A DNA stretch of 63,004 bases, counting the filler. It is 9 parts of 9 records of this genome, joined end to end, with 100 filler letters (N's around TTAATTAATTAA, not from the genome) between each part and the next. Parts side by side here need not be neighbours in the genome. Positions count along the whole stretch, not along the records: positions 1 to 3,654 come from SRR7504441_6097; positions 3,755 to 7,232 come from SRR7504441_6099; positions 7,333 to 10,977 come from SRR7504441_6100; positions 11,078 to 14,310 come from SRR7504441_6102; 5 more parts are not named here. One strand, written 5' to 3'. A program made the translations under genes and the position numbers. A model generated the notes under the pieces. That model had not been told where the DNA came from. It searched no databases and saw only the letters and a program-made list of their open reading frames with translations. Shown here piece by piece: positions 1 to 11,275 of this stretch; position 1 is the first letter of the stretch; each line of letters starts with the position of its first letter.

Positions 1-3000
1 GCCACGAACAGCCCGTTGCCGTACGTCACCTCATTCCAGCCGTTGGCCTCTCGCCACTATTTGTGAAAGTGGCAGCAGCAGTGCTTGGGGCCCAGTGTGT
101 GGCTGTACCATTGGTTCCAGACTCCAAGTCTCCATTCAGAACTAATCCTGATGTAAGCTGACCCGAATTCGTTGAGCAGTCAGCAGAGGCCTCCCAGCCA
201 GAATCGCACTGGCATGTGGATACAGTGCAGGCTCCATGTCCAGAGCAGGCACTCCTTGTGAAGCTTTGAACCTTACCAGTACAACCCCGGATGGCCAGTT
301 CATTAGTGCAAGACTAGAAGTCAATGATGATGATGCAAACTCTTATGTGCAGGTGTCAAATGACAAAGACTCCGCGCAGCCAGTCAGGCCTGGGATGACA
401 TCGATCTACAGTGTAGGCTTTGCGGTATAGGTGAGATCTTCTTCCACACGGAACACCGCACGTTCAAAATACACCTGTGCTACCTGCGTGCAGCCGCTTG
501 CTGGACAGAGCTCTGTGCTGCACGTCGAATCGCCATATCCGCTTTCACAGATACATTCTCCAAGTGAGCAAGTTCCATGGGATGAACAGCTGGGCTGGCA
601 TACAAATGAAGCGTTGCATGACGAGCATGCAACCCAGCCTCGCATTGCAAATCTCCCATCTTGGCAGCTGCTGCATGCTGACTCCTCATCCAAACTTGAA
701 AACTTCCCAACACCACAAAGTGCACAAGTGGCATTGCCGCTTGCAGCCAGAATGCCTGCATACGTTCCTGCAAGACAGGTAGCACACACGCCGTCTTCAT
801 TTAGGCCAGAGCCAGTAGGACAGGACTGACAGTCGTCAATGCTACTAGAACCATCGGAGGTTGTGTCCTTTCCTGAGGGACAATTCTGGCAGTCACTGGC
901 GTACATTGCTCCAGAAGACTCCAGGTAGCGACCCTGAGGGCATTTAGTGCATGTTGCGCTGCCAAGTTCCGATGCAAAAGAACCAGGGATACATGTGCCA
1001 CATTGTGAAAGTTCAACTCCACCGGTGGATGCATATGCTCTTCCTGCCGGACAGTTCTGGCATTCTGTGGCATTCGTGTTCAACGTTGTTGAAGCGAACC
1101 GGCCAGTGGCACAGTCAGTGCATACAGACGATGCTGCTGGGCTGTATTTTCCTGCTACGCAACCTTGACAGGTTGAAGAGTTTACTGCACCTCTTGCACC
1201 TGAGAAATATCCTGCTGCACATCCATCACAGCTGGTTCGGCCTGTTGTGCCAAAGTAGCCAGATGGGCAGGGAAGACAAATGGTCCTTCCCGACGCAGAG
1301 TTGTATGTACCATAGTCGCATGGTGTACAATCGGCTGCGCTGGCAGAGGAATAGGTGCCAGCAGGGCAAAGAATGCACGCATGTGAGCTGTTGTCTCCAG
1401 GGTTGCCAACAGAGGGATTGTGACTGCCAGGTAGACAAGATCTGCATTTGGTGGAGTTGGCTGACGAGAACTTGCCAGTGGGGCAGTCAATGCATACACT
1501 CGAGTTGCTGGCTCCCGCTAAGGTCCCAATTTTACCACCAGGACAGACTGTGCAGCTTAGCACACTTGTTCCTCCATGCGTCGTACGATAAGTCCCAACT
1601 GGACAAAGGGAGCACCTATCAGCGCCTTCGATGTCTGAGAAAGTGCCAGCAGGGCATTGCGTACAGCTGTAGCCACCTACACATCAGACTCAGAGAGGCC
1701 GCTGGGGTGCCACAGATCACCAGTCTCGGGTGCAAAAGAACCTCTATCACACAGCCCACAGGATGCACTTCGAGGTAGACCCTTGGTCCCGGGAGGGCAC
1801 CCTGAACCTGTGTACTCAAATGTGGATAGCGTGTCCAAAAGCGTTCCGTCGCTGGTCTGTCCACCATAGACGATAACGGTACTGCCAAGACTGATTGCCG
1901 TGTGCCCTTCAATCCTACTATTCACTTCAGCAGAAGCCGAATACGCTGGAAAGAGAAAGGTCCCGAGCGCAAATCTGTCTACTCTACCCCATCCTTCATA
2001 GTTTGAGGCAGTGAGGCTTGAAAGTGGGTCCTCACACCTGCAAAAGGAACAGGTTATTAGGGATTGGCTATGGACATCAAGATACTGGTACTGGCAGCAC
2101 TTTGCTGAGGATGCACGATAATCCACGGCATTACATCCGAGCTGACTCTGCAACAGGGACCAGTGTGAGCCAAGTCCCAGTCTTCACATACCAGATCGCA
2201 TGCATCTTGGCAGCTTAACAGACTATCAGCAGTCGGGCACGACGAGCTCAGTGCAACGCAGTGAAGCTGTCCATCCGGATCTTTCCGTTCCCAGAGGCCG
2301 AGTATCTTTCGGGGAATGGCACCTGTCCCACCTGTAGCTCAATGCTGGCCCGCGAGGGGAGAATCACCAAAGTATTCAAAGCCTCGTATCGCCGGGTCCG
2401 CGTACCTAGGCACAACTGGGTCAGCCCGAAGCTGCAAGTAGTTGGTACCAGAAGGGGTCGTGCCTGGGCTGCAACCCAGAGAGAGAGACAGCGAGTGACT
2501 CTGACAGCGCTACGAGCACATGGTTGGTCACAGCAGTACCTGTACTATTGGGAGTGGGCAAGACTGCCGTGGAGTTGGCATAAGCAGTCTCGTTCCAGTA
2601 GCTTGTGTCATTGACAACTCGGCTCCATGCTTGGACATCAGGGCAGTATGACCACACGTCCCCAAGCGCAACCTCTGCAGATTGCAGCAGGGGAGCTTGG
2701 CCTCCAGAGATGACCATGCATCCCTGGAGCACCGTGGCCGCGTGCATGTACCGTGCTGACGGCCCGACAGCAGCCAGGGTGGTCCACTGGCTCGTGGAGA
2801 CCTTAAGCGAGACGAGGCTATCAAGTAAAGCACCCGTGTAGTCCTGCCCTCCAAAGATATATACAGTGTCGCCGATCCATGCGCTGACGTGGCCGAAACT
2901 GGCGTGAACCACGTTGCTATCCGTGGGCACTGTGCTCCAGGACCCTTCCTTCCAGTCAAACAGCCAAGAGTCTCGCAACACACTCGCCCCCGACACTCCC

Positions 3001-3452
3001 CCGTGCACCACCATGTGCGTGCCGTTGGCGGATGCACTATGCCGCTCACGCACTTGGGGGGTGACCCCGAACACGCTGATCTGAGACCATGTGTAACTCG
3101 AGTTCGATAGGTCGAGTGCCCACAGCTGAGAGCTCAGTGTGGCCAGTCCGTCTCGCACCACCCGCCCGCCGAACACCAGCATATGCGGGTCTTGGGCGCT
3201 GGAGTTGGCGTACACAAGGCATGCCGTGTGGTGCACCGAAGCCGGTGCCGACTGGTTCCCGCCAACCGCCAACGCCGTCCAATCCACGCTGTCCCCGCTT
3301 GTGTGTCCCACCGAGGCGTTCCCCGTCAATGCGGCGGTCGCACTCCTCCGCCCGGAACTCGTCGAAATCGCCCCAAAGCGGCCCAGTCCAGGCTGTGCGG
3401 CCGCACCCAACACTGCCACTGCCACCGCAATCACCAGTCCACGCCCCGACAT
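1..3452 (-). CDS. Secreted or surface protein with kelch repeats, Cys-rich (GCC2/GCC3, ephrin-receptor-like) repeats and EGF domains; multi-exon, probably 3'-truncated
   Basis: Signal peptide MSGRGLVIAVAVAVLGAAAQ. Kelch motifs (MLVFGG, VVHGG, IFGGQ, ISGGQ). Many CxxCPxGxY/F repeats in 406-1563. EGF CSSHGTCSLGECICESGYGDSTCS. An exon missed by the ORF track (313->26) encodes a second EGF, CSGHGACTVSTCQCDSGWEASADCS. Confidence 0.8.
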
Positions 3453-3654
3453 CCTTCACCGCACCGCGCCCACCCCTTCCATCGCTGGATTGGGAAGATC
3501 CTCCACACACTCAGGCTCTCGCGCCAGCTGTTCGCGGGCAGCGTCGAACCCGGGTGTCACAGCATGGAGCAGACGCTGCTGGGCGCGGGGGCGGAGGACA
3601 GCGCGGCGGCCCGCCCTTCGACTGCGCCGTCGAGTGCCCGAGCAAAGGGCCCGG

Positions 3655-3754
3655 NNNNNNNNNNNNNNNNNNNNNNNNNNNNNNNNNNNNNNNNNNNNTT
3701 AATTAATTAANNNNNNNNNNNNNNNNNNNNNNNNNNNNNNNNNNNNNNNNNNNN
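3655..3754. other. Artificial contig spacer. Identical spacers at 7233-7332, 10978-11077, 14311-14410, 22195-22294, 28983-29082, 39929-40028, 56212-56311
   Basis: 44 N + TTAATTAATTAA (stops in all six frames) + 44 N, eight times. Confidence 0.99.
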
Positions 3755-4343
3755 AAGGAGTAAGTGAGTACGGCAGAACTATGGTACGGGATGTTCATGC
3801 ACGATAAATACCTAGGGTGATTTTCCCGCGCTTTCCCCAATTTCCCGCGCTCGACGCTGATGGGAGCTATGCACCGCAAGGACCATGTGCCAGACATCGA
3901 AGACCGTTGGTGGGTTGAATATGTGAATCCCTGACGTTAAAATTAATTAAAATGGTGTTGCTGCGGTGTTACGGTTGTGTACATATATACGAGTATTTAA
4001 ACTTAAATCATGATATTACGTAGCATCTATTTGAAAGCTCAATGGGGTTAAAGAACTACACGTAACTAAGCTACTGTAGTACTGCCGGATAAGGCGGATA
4101 TACGGTACGGGTTGGGTTCAACAGCACACGCCGCCCTTGGCCCCTCGGCCCCTTGCCCCCGGCCCCCGCACCCGCACCCGATATTCCGGCTCGAAAATTT
4201 AGAGATTCATAATTAATATTGTAGTGTACTCGTACATCCTGGCAAGTAGGTGGGCCGGAGCACCAAGATAATTATAAAGTAATTAATTATTTAGGCTATA
4301 ATTGAGTACACTGTACATATAAGCCTTGAAGCAATCACTTGAG

Positions 4344-7170
4344 TTAGCAATACTCTATCGAGCCTTTGACCAGCTTTGCTAGTGCAGTGCGCATCTTGAT
4401 TCGGTGTGGAGGGACAACTCCAAGATGGTCTGCGAGCAATTTCTCGCAGTCTATGAACTCAACACCCTTGGAGACCGCCTCAGCTGGATTGCGACCGTGT
4501 ATAGCATGTAGCTCAAGTGCCCGTGCAGCCCATTCACGGGTAACGCGTCTCTGCCAAACATTGCTCACAATTGGCTGCACAGGCAATTTACTTTGCTTTG
4601 GTGCATCAATTGCATCAGTGGCCCGATCGAGTCAACTCGCCACTGATACCCAGGACAGTTCCTCCATGGTGGGTACGTTCACAAGTGTCGCATTCTCTTC
4701 TACTTTACCATGCACGCCCAAGGCAGCAAACACCTCATCGCACATCCCAAACCTCTGTAGCAGATCTGGCTCACTCATTCGCTGCAGGACCCCAGCAAGC
4801 ACATAAGCATCAGGGTCAACCTGAACACCCTCCACCGGTGATGGGGTGCATTTCCCTGTCCAGAGCAACCAGAGCACGGCTGCCACGCTGTATAAATCCG
4901 ACCCAAAACAACCAGCACCGCCGGCACTAATCTCTGGCGACCGATAGGGATCTGTCGCCGTTGCAGGGTCCAAACTTGAGCTGATCTGGCTGCTCTCAAT
5001 GTGCCGGAGTAAATTCTCCTGGAATCCATCACTGGTCGAGCTGATCACCTGCATGCGTGAGCAGACACATTTGAACTTCATGCATTCGTGGCACAGCTGG
5101 GCGCCTTGCTGACACCTTTGCTTGGACTTAAGCAAATTGCTTTGGGCTGTGGCCAACTGAGTAGCCAGGTCGTCATAGTGGGCTTGAGCGTCATGGACCT
5201 GCTCGTTGGCTACAGATGCCTCGTTGTGCGACTGCTCGGCTATCTCTATCATCGCCTCAAGTTTTGATACTCTAGACTCGAGGGTCAGACGTTGCTCATC
5301 GATGCTTGTTTCGATGGAAGGTTGTTTTGTTCGCGGTGGCTGCGGGAATTGCAACTTTGTGATACCATGGCTCAGGGAGGGGGTGTCAGTGATCAGCTGC
5401 ACTCTGTGAACTGCAAATGCGGGCATCCTGTGCACCCTGCAGCCCCCAAAGTCAGCTGCTACCCTGCGTGAACTGGCGACCTATCGGAGCATGCGCCGCA
5501 CAGAAATACCTTACCGCAATCAGGGCAATACTTCACAGCTGCATCCCCACAGTTGGCGCAGAGCTTGCCAAAGGCAGTCGGTGGTCCCCGTGCCCCGACA
5601 TCCAGAAGATAAAAGCCCACTGTAGGTGTGTACAGCACTGTGGCTGGCGAGATGGCACCATGGACTATCCTATTTGAATGCAGCCTGTCCAGGACTGACA
5701 GTAGATCGATCAGTCCCTCCCGCGTCTGCTTTGCAGTCCAAAGCTTCTGCGGTTCGGCCAGCCGCTTCTCCTCTTCGGGGTCTCTGATCCTAAGCCTACA
5801 GAGTGCAGGCACTTCGTAGACTCTGAACCAATGGCCATGAACTGACAGTTCATCCTCATGCCCGGGCTCAAGCGAAGTTAAGACAAAGTGGTGCTGGGCC
5901 AGGCTTCCGGCCTCAACCATGCTCTGCACCTGAGCGTACTTGAATGGCCCTTCGGCCTGCCAGAAAAGCTCATCACAGACTTCAAAACACAGGAATCACC
6001 GCACTGGTTGGCCCGCTCGCCCCTCTCGGCACTGTCAGCAGATAGGTCGACAGGGATCCGTCCCCAGGCTCTGCCCCAGGCGAGGGCAACAACTCAGCTG
6101 ATAGGGCTTTACCAACCCTGGAAGCAATCGCAGCACATGACACGGCTTCTAGTTGGTCTAAGACCAGCACAGCGAGCCGACGATCCCAGAATCGCACCGC
6201 TGGGGTCCTCTTACCGGCTAACACGCCTAAGCACGCTGCCTCATAAGCCAACTTGTCCCTCTCACTCAGGCTAGTTAATAGTTGGGTCTTGTGCTCTCGT
6301 GGCCGCTTAAGTATGCAAAAAGGACTATCTGGTTGCAACAGGTCGATTGCCTTGTAGGTACCACCACCCCACGGGGCTCTGCCAACCCAAAGCGGATCGT
6401 ATGGCGTGAGCCGCTCGACAGCCACAAATCGGGCAGCAAGCACCAACAGCTGAGCACAGCCTGGGCGGCTGCACACTGGGTTGCTCTGAAGCGTGGTCTG
6501 ACTCAGATCGGGCACTAGTGTCATTGCTCCACAACTGGTGCAGCAGGCCTGCGGGCTGCTACTCAGGAAGTGCGCCACCGCAGCAAACCCCTGCGCATCC
6601 CAGGTGAGTCCTGGCCACACACGGCCCGCCTGCGCGCAGTCTGCCAGTGTCGGGCTGACCATGCCAGTTTCCGTGACTAGAAGCTCTTGCAACTGACCCT
6701 GCCGCTCAGCTCCTACCAGCCCTGGCAGGGACCGCTAGCTTGCCCAGCTCAGGTGGCAGCCTGCTCAGCTGCGGATTTCGATTTAGAAAGAGCCGCCTGA
6801 GCGCTCGGCACCTACCCAGCTCGGGCGGGAGCCCCGAGAGCTGGTTTGAGGCCAGGTTGAGCTCCGCCAGGCAGCTGAGTAGCCCAAGCTCGCGCGGCAG
6901 CCTAATCAGTCGGTTCTTGCTGAGAATCAACTGCTCTAGCCGCTGCAGGTGCCCGATTTCGCCCGGCAGGCCGGACAGGTGGTTGTCCATTAGGTCGAGC
7001 CGTCGCAAGCAGACTAGCCGTGCCACCTCCCGTGGGACATGCGTGATGCCAGCCTGGCGCCGGCTGATCCGCTCTGTCAGGATCGGCCGGCGTGGGTCCT
7101 CCCGGCACTTTCGCTGCAGGTAGATCCGGCCGGTCTGGGCCTGGTCCCGACCTACCGGTAGGTCGTTCAT
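4344..7170 (-). CDS. LRR / Zn-ribbon / pseudokinase / B-box / coiled-coil / SAM-like protein, multi-exon
   Basis: LRRs (LxxLxLxxNxLxxLPxE) 6730-7050. Kinase N-lobe GGGTYKAIDLLQPDSPFCILK. C-lobe LDRLHSNRIVHGAISP...LLDVGA, then YRSPE...SDLYSVAAVLWLLWTG. B-box completed by splicing a 44-nt GT-AG intron. SAM-like tail LADHLGVVPPHRIKMRTAL. Confidence 0.75.
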
Positions 7171-7332
7171 CGGCGCTGTGCAATGTGCAAGCCAGGATGA
7201 ACCTGACTCAACAAAAAATTCCCCGAGAGCTANNNNNNNNNNNNNNNNNNNNNNNNNNNNNNNNNNNNNNNNNNNNTTAATTAATTAANNNNNNNNNNNN
7301 NNNNNNNNNNNNNNNNNNNNNNNNNNNNNNNN

Positions 7333-8328
7333 CAGCGGGACGCAGCGCTCCTGCTCGACTCGCTCTTCAACGGCACCCCGAGCCAGCCTGCCGCGCAGCC
7401 CCAGCCTGCTCCGGTAGAGCCGCCGCCGCCGCCAACACAGTGGAACGGGCCAATGACCGAGGACCAGGCGATGGAGGCGGCGATCCAAATGTCGCTCATG
7501 GAGACCGGCGGCAGCGCCGATCCAATCTGGCCAGCGCTGGCGCCGTCGGTGATCCAATCGGCCGCAAGCTGTGATTGGGTTTCGACCTGCGCCGACAGGG
7601 CAAGCACGGAGAACCAGCCGGAGCCGGCTGCAGCAGACCAAGTGTATCGGTACAGACTGCCGGCGCTCAAGTTCGCACGCCAGCACATGGCGTTTGTCCG
7701 AGGGGTAGAGAACAGCCTGCGGCGGCTGCTGGCGGACCCTGCGAGGGCGTTTGCAGACTCGCCTCCGCTGCTCCGTGAGCGGAGGGCGGTGGTCCAAGAG
7801 ATGGCTTCTGAACATGGGCTGTACGCCGGCACCATACCGGGCGAAGGCAGTCAGCGCCGAGTCCGATTCTCTAAGAAACCGTTTGGGCAAGAAGTGACTG
7901 AGCTGACATTTCCGACCCGGCAGGCGGGCTGTCCTGTGAGCTTATCAGGGGCGGCTGCGCTGCCAGCACCTGTGGCGATCCGGTTCACAGGGGTGAGTCG
8001 GGCTGAGCTGGTAGTGGCGGCGTTGGCTGGATTCCAAGGGGCATTCCGTCTGGAGTGGAAGGGAGCCGACCAGGCTGTGGCAGTGTTTGCAGACACCAGC
8101 ATGGCTGAGGCAGCGGCGCACGCAGTGCATGGCCAGCACCCAGGCGAGTACAGCTCGGAGGGAGTTTATAGTATAGACGCATGCCCTCAGGAGCCGGCTC
8201 GGGAGGCCGTGGGGCTGGGCTGGCAGACTGGTAGCGTGAGGCAACGGACGAGGAGGAGAGCACAAGCGTCAGCGAGTGATGCCGTGTCTAATGAGTTGTC
8301 TAACAATGAGGCTAGCCAAGAAGCTTGA
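7333..8328 (+). CDS. 5'-truncated protein with UIM, NFX1-type R3H-like and RRM-like domains
   Basis: UIM TEDQAMEAAIQMSL. R3H-like FVRGVENSLRRLL...PPLLRERRAVVQEMASEHGL. RRM-like FRLEWKGADQAVAVFADTSMAEAA. Confidence 0.7.
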   Translation, partial: QRDAALLLDSLFNGTPSQPAAQPQPAPVEPPPPPTQWNGPMTEDQAMEAAIQMSLMETGGSADPIWPALAPSVIQSAASCDWVSTCADRASTENQPEPAAADQVYRYRLPALKFARQHMAFVRGVENSLRRLLADPARAFADSPPLLRERRAVVQEMASEHGLYAGTIPGEGSQRRVRFSKKPFGQEVTELTFPTRQAGCPVSLSGAAALPAPVAIRFTGVSRAELVVAALAGFQGAFRLEWKGADQAVAVFADTSMAEAAAHAVHGQHPGEYSSEGVYSIDACPQEPAREAVGLGWQTGSVRQRTRRRAQASASDAVSNELSNNEASQEA

Positions 8329-8551
8329 ATGGTGGTTCGATCTCACTGATGGCGCTTAGATTATAGTTGAATGTTAAAATGTATCAAAGCTATTACATGC
8401 ATGTAGACTTAGTCCCGGCAACCGGACTTCATCCATCGATGCGTTGTCCCCTGGAAGTATTTCAGGTTCGCCTGCACGCATCTCCACAGCGCGCGAGGGC
8501 ACGTTGCATGGCAGTCTGTTGACTCTTGGTCATAGTATATTTGTCATAGGG

Positions 8552-9251
8552 ATGGCTGATCCAGGAGAGCTCAATGGTCGGTTGCGGGCTGGTTGGGGTG
8601 AACACCATTCTGCAAGGCACCAGGGCTCAGGAGACCACGCGAGATGGGGGCGCGAGCCGTGCGCGGGCACGCCGAAAGGGGCAGGCCGCGGGCGGCCAGG
8701 AGCGGGGTGGGCAGTCCGGCCGCCGGCGAGAACTCTAGATCTCGTCGGGAAAGGGGCACAAGGACGGTGAGGACATGCATGTCCTCAGCCAAGCGGCCTT
8801 GAATCGGCGTCGGCACGGGACCGGGCCAGAAGGTCAGGGGGAGAGCATGGCCAGCGAGTGCGCCCAGGGCGGCTCGACCTCCACTCCATCTGGCCAAGCG
8901 AGGTCCGCGCCGCATCATCCGCCATTGAGGGCAGCTTTGCCTGGGCGCCGGCGAAGAGGGAAGTGCGACGGATCAGCCCTTTAGGCCTCGGCCAGTCTCA
9001 GGCGAGCCGCGGGACAAGGCGTGCCACAGGTGGAGGGTGGAGGGCTCACATGTTGTGTCAGGCAAATCAAGCCACCCCGCGAACTCGCACACGGCGGTGT
9101 CCCAACTGACTTTCTTTCCGCAATGTCCAACGGAAGGAATGATGCCGGCCGGAGGCGCTCCAGGACCCGACCAATGGTGCCAGATTTCCTGATTCAACTT
9201 GTATATGGGGATACAGATTCTACTCTTAGATGGCGATGTACAGGGATTTAA
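8552..9251 (+). CDS. Possible small multi-exon gene of unknown function
   Basis: ATG follows an AT-rich patch. Intron-sized GT..AAG and GC..CAG segments link open frames ending at TAA 9251. No recognisable domain. Confidence 0.3.
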
Positions 9252-9502
9252 TTACGTGTGAGTACTTAGTATTGGGGGCGGCTATGCCGGGGCATTGACA
9301 CAGACGTGATGCCCAGCGGCAGCGGGCGCACAATCATACAGCATGCGCGGCCGCGCGGCCTACGGGCGTACGGGCGGTCGAGGATGCCGCGAAATCCGGG
9401 CGCGCTGTTCTGTCGCTTTCCGGGATTCCGGGAATGGCAGAGTGCACAATTGTTCAGATTCAAATGCCCATATCATTTCCGATACATTTCCGACGGATCG
9501 GA

Positions 9503-10974
9503 TCAACCATTCGATGTATTCAGTGTTTCAAGCTCTAGATCTACAAGCTCACGATGATCAATGTGCGGCGCATGCTCTGTTAACTTATTAGCATTTGCGT
9601 CTCCACCCTCGGCATCGGGCGCAAGATCGGAGTGCGCTTGCATCTCACAATGGTCGTCAACACTATCAGCACCGCCAACTATCTGAAGCCGCAAGATAAG
9701 CGTGTACGCCGTAGCCGCTGCCATCACTAAAGCCGCTGCAGCACGGTACATCACGACCGCGCCGTATGCATCCATGACAGCCCCGCCGGCGACCGTGCCG
9801 ACCACCACTCCGATCGATCTGGCGCTGGAGGTGAGGCCTTGGGCCGTGGTCTCCAGTCCCTTGGGCGCGAGCTCTGCCCCCCCGTGAGCTAAGGGCCGCC
9901 CGACAGGCCACCTGAGGCGTAATGGACGATCGCCAGCTGCGAGCAGGCGTAGGTGACCCCATGCAGTGGCTCGACCAGCAGCACGAGCCAGGGGTCTCCC
10001 ACCACTGTGTAGACCCACACGCGGAGCGAGTAACATGCACACGCCACCAGCAGCAGAGTCGGCACACTAAACCAAGCGAGCAGTCTATCCCCCACTGAGA
10101 ATAGAGGGATCTCGAACATAACGGTCACAGCCACTGAGAGTCCGCAAAGCGTGTTGGACGCCCGAAGATCCTTCGTGAAGAACAGGAACACTAATCCTTC
10201 GACCAGCGCCGTGCCTGAAGAGAGCACTGTAATTAGCATGAAGAACGCCACACTCGCCGGCCCGTCTGCGCTCACAATTCCCATCACCTGGGACAGCCCC
10301 ACCGCGCTCGCCTGTCGCCGCTTGGGCCCACTCGGTGTGCTGGGCACACTGGAGTAGGCCTCCTCGTCCGTCTGCTCCTCCGTACCCTCCCCTAGCTCCT
10401 CCGCTGCCGGCTCTCCAGCCTCCGGTGCCGAGCCGAACAGCAGGTGCACCAGTCCGAGCAGCAGCCCGGCAGCCGCGCAGTGGGCCGGCAGCACCAGCTG
10501 GACGGCAGGGAGTAGGTCCAGCAGCGGCCCCAGCACCAGCGCGTTGTTCAGCCCCCAGGAGACGGCCCCCCAGAGCCGGACCTGCCCATACAGCTGCTTG
10601 CTCCCAGGTCCGAGCTCGGCCAAGGTGATTCCGTTGAGCAGCGACCCGACCGGAGCCGCCAGCCCCGAGTACAGGCAGCGCACCGCCAGCAGCTGCCCGA
10701 ACCCACCGGCCGGCCAGTAGAGAAGCTGCACCAGCGCGCTGCCGGCCACCGCCAGCGTGAGCACCCCGCGCTGCCCACCCCGCCAGTCGGCGAGCGCGGA
10801 CCAGGCCGGGGCGCAGACGATGTTGAGCGCCGAGTCGACTCCGAGGAGCAGCCCTATCTGCCGGTCTGACATACCGAGCTGAGCGAAGAAAACCGAGACG
10901 AACCGGCCGGGCAGGCTGAACAGGATAAACCCGGCCGCCCACAATAGGCTCAGCCGAAGCCGCCGGGCTGGCAT
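9503..10974 (-). CDS. MFS transporter (MFSD6 / MFS_1_like)
   Basis: About 12 hydrophobic segments. Motifs APAWSALADWRG, YGQVRLWGAVSWG, LVEPLHGVTYA. 38-nt intron 9874-9911. ATG is 3 nt from the contig edge. Confidence 0.9.
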
Positions 10975-11275
10975 GCCNNNNNNNNNNNNNNNNNNNNNNN
11001 NNNNNNNNNNNNNNNNNNNNNTTAATTAATTAANNNNNNNNNNNNNNNNNNNNNNNNNNNNNNNNNNNNNNNNNNNNTGGCGCTTGGCTCGCACGTGTTT
11101 TTTTCTCTCTCCGGAACAGCCTTCTCTCACGCGGTTTTCGAATACAACCATCACCTAGCTCGAGAGTCTCATTCTTATTATCAATTTTGAAACTCCTTAT
11201 TGTGTCACGCGCACGTGAGCGCACGGCAGCGACACGGCGTGGGAAAATTACTACGATTGGGGTCTCAAGGAGTCC

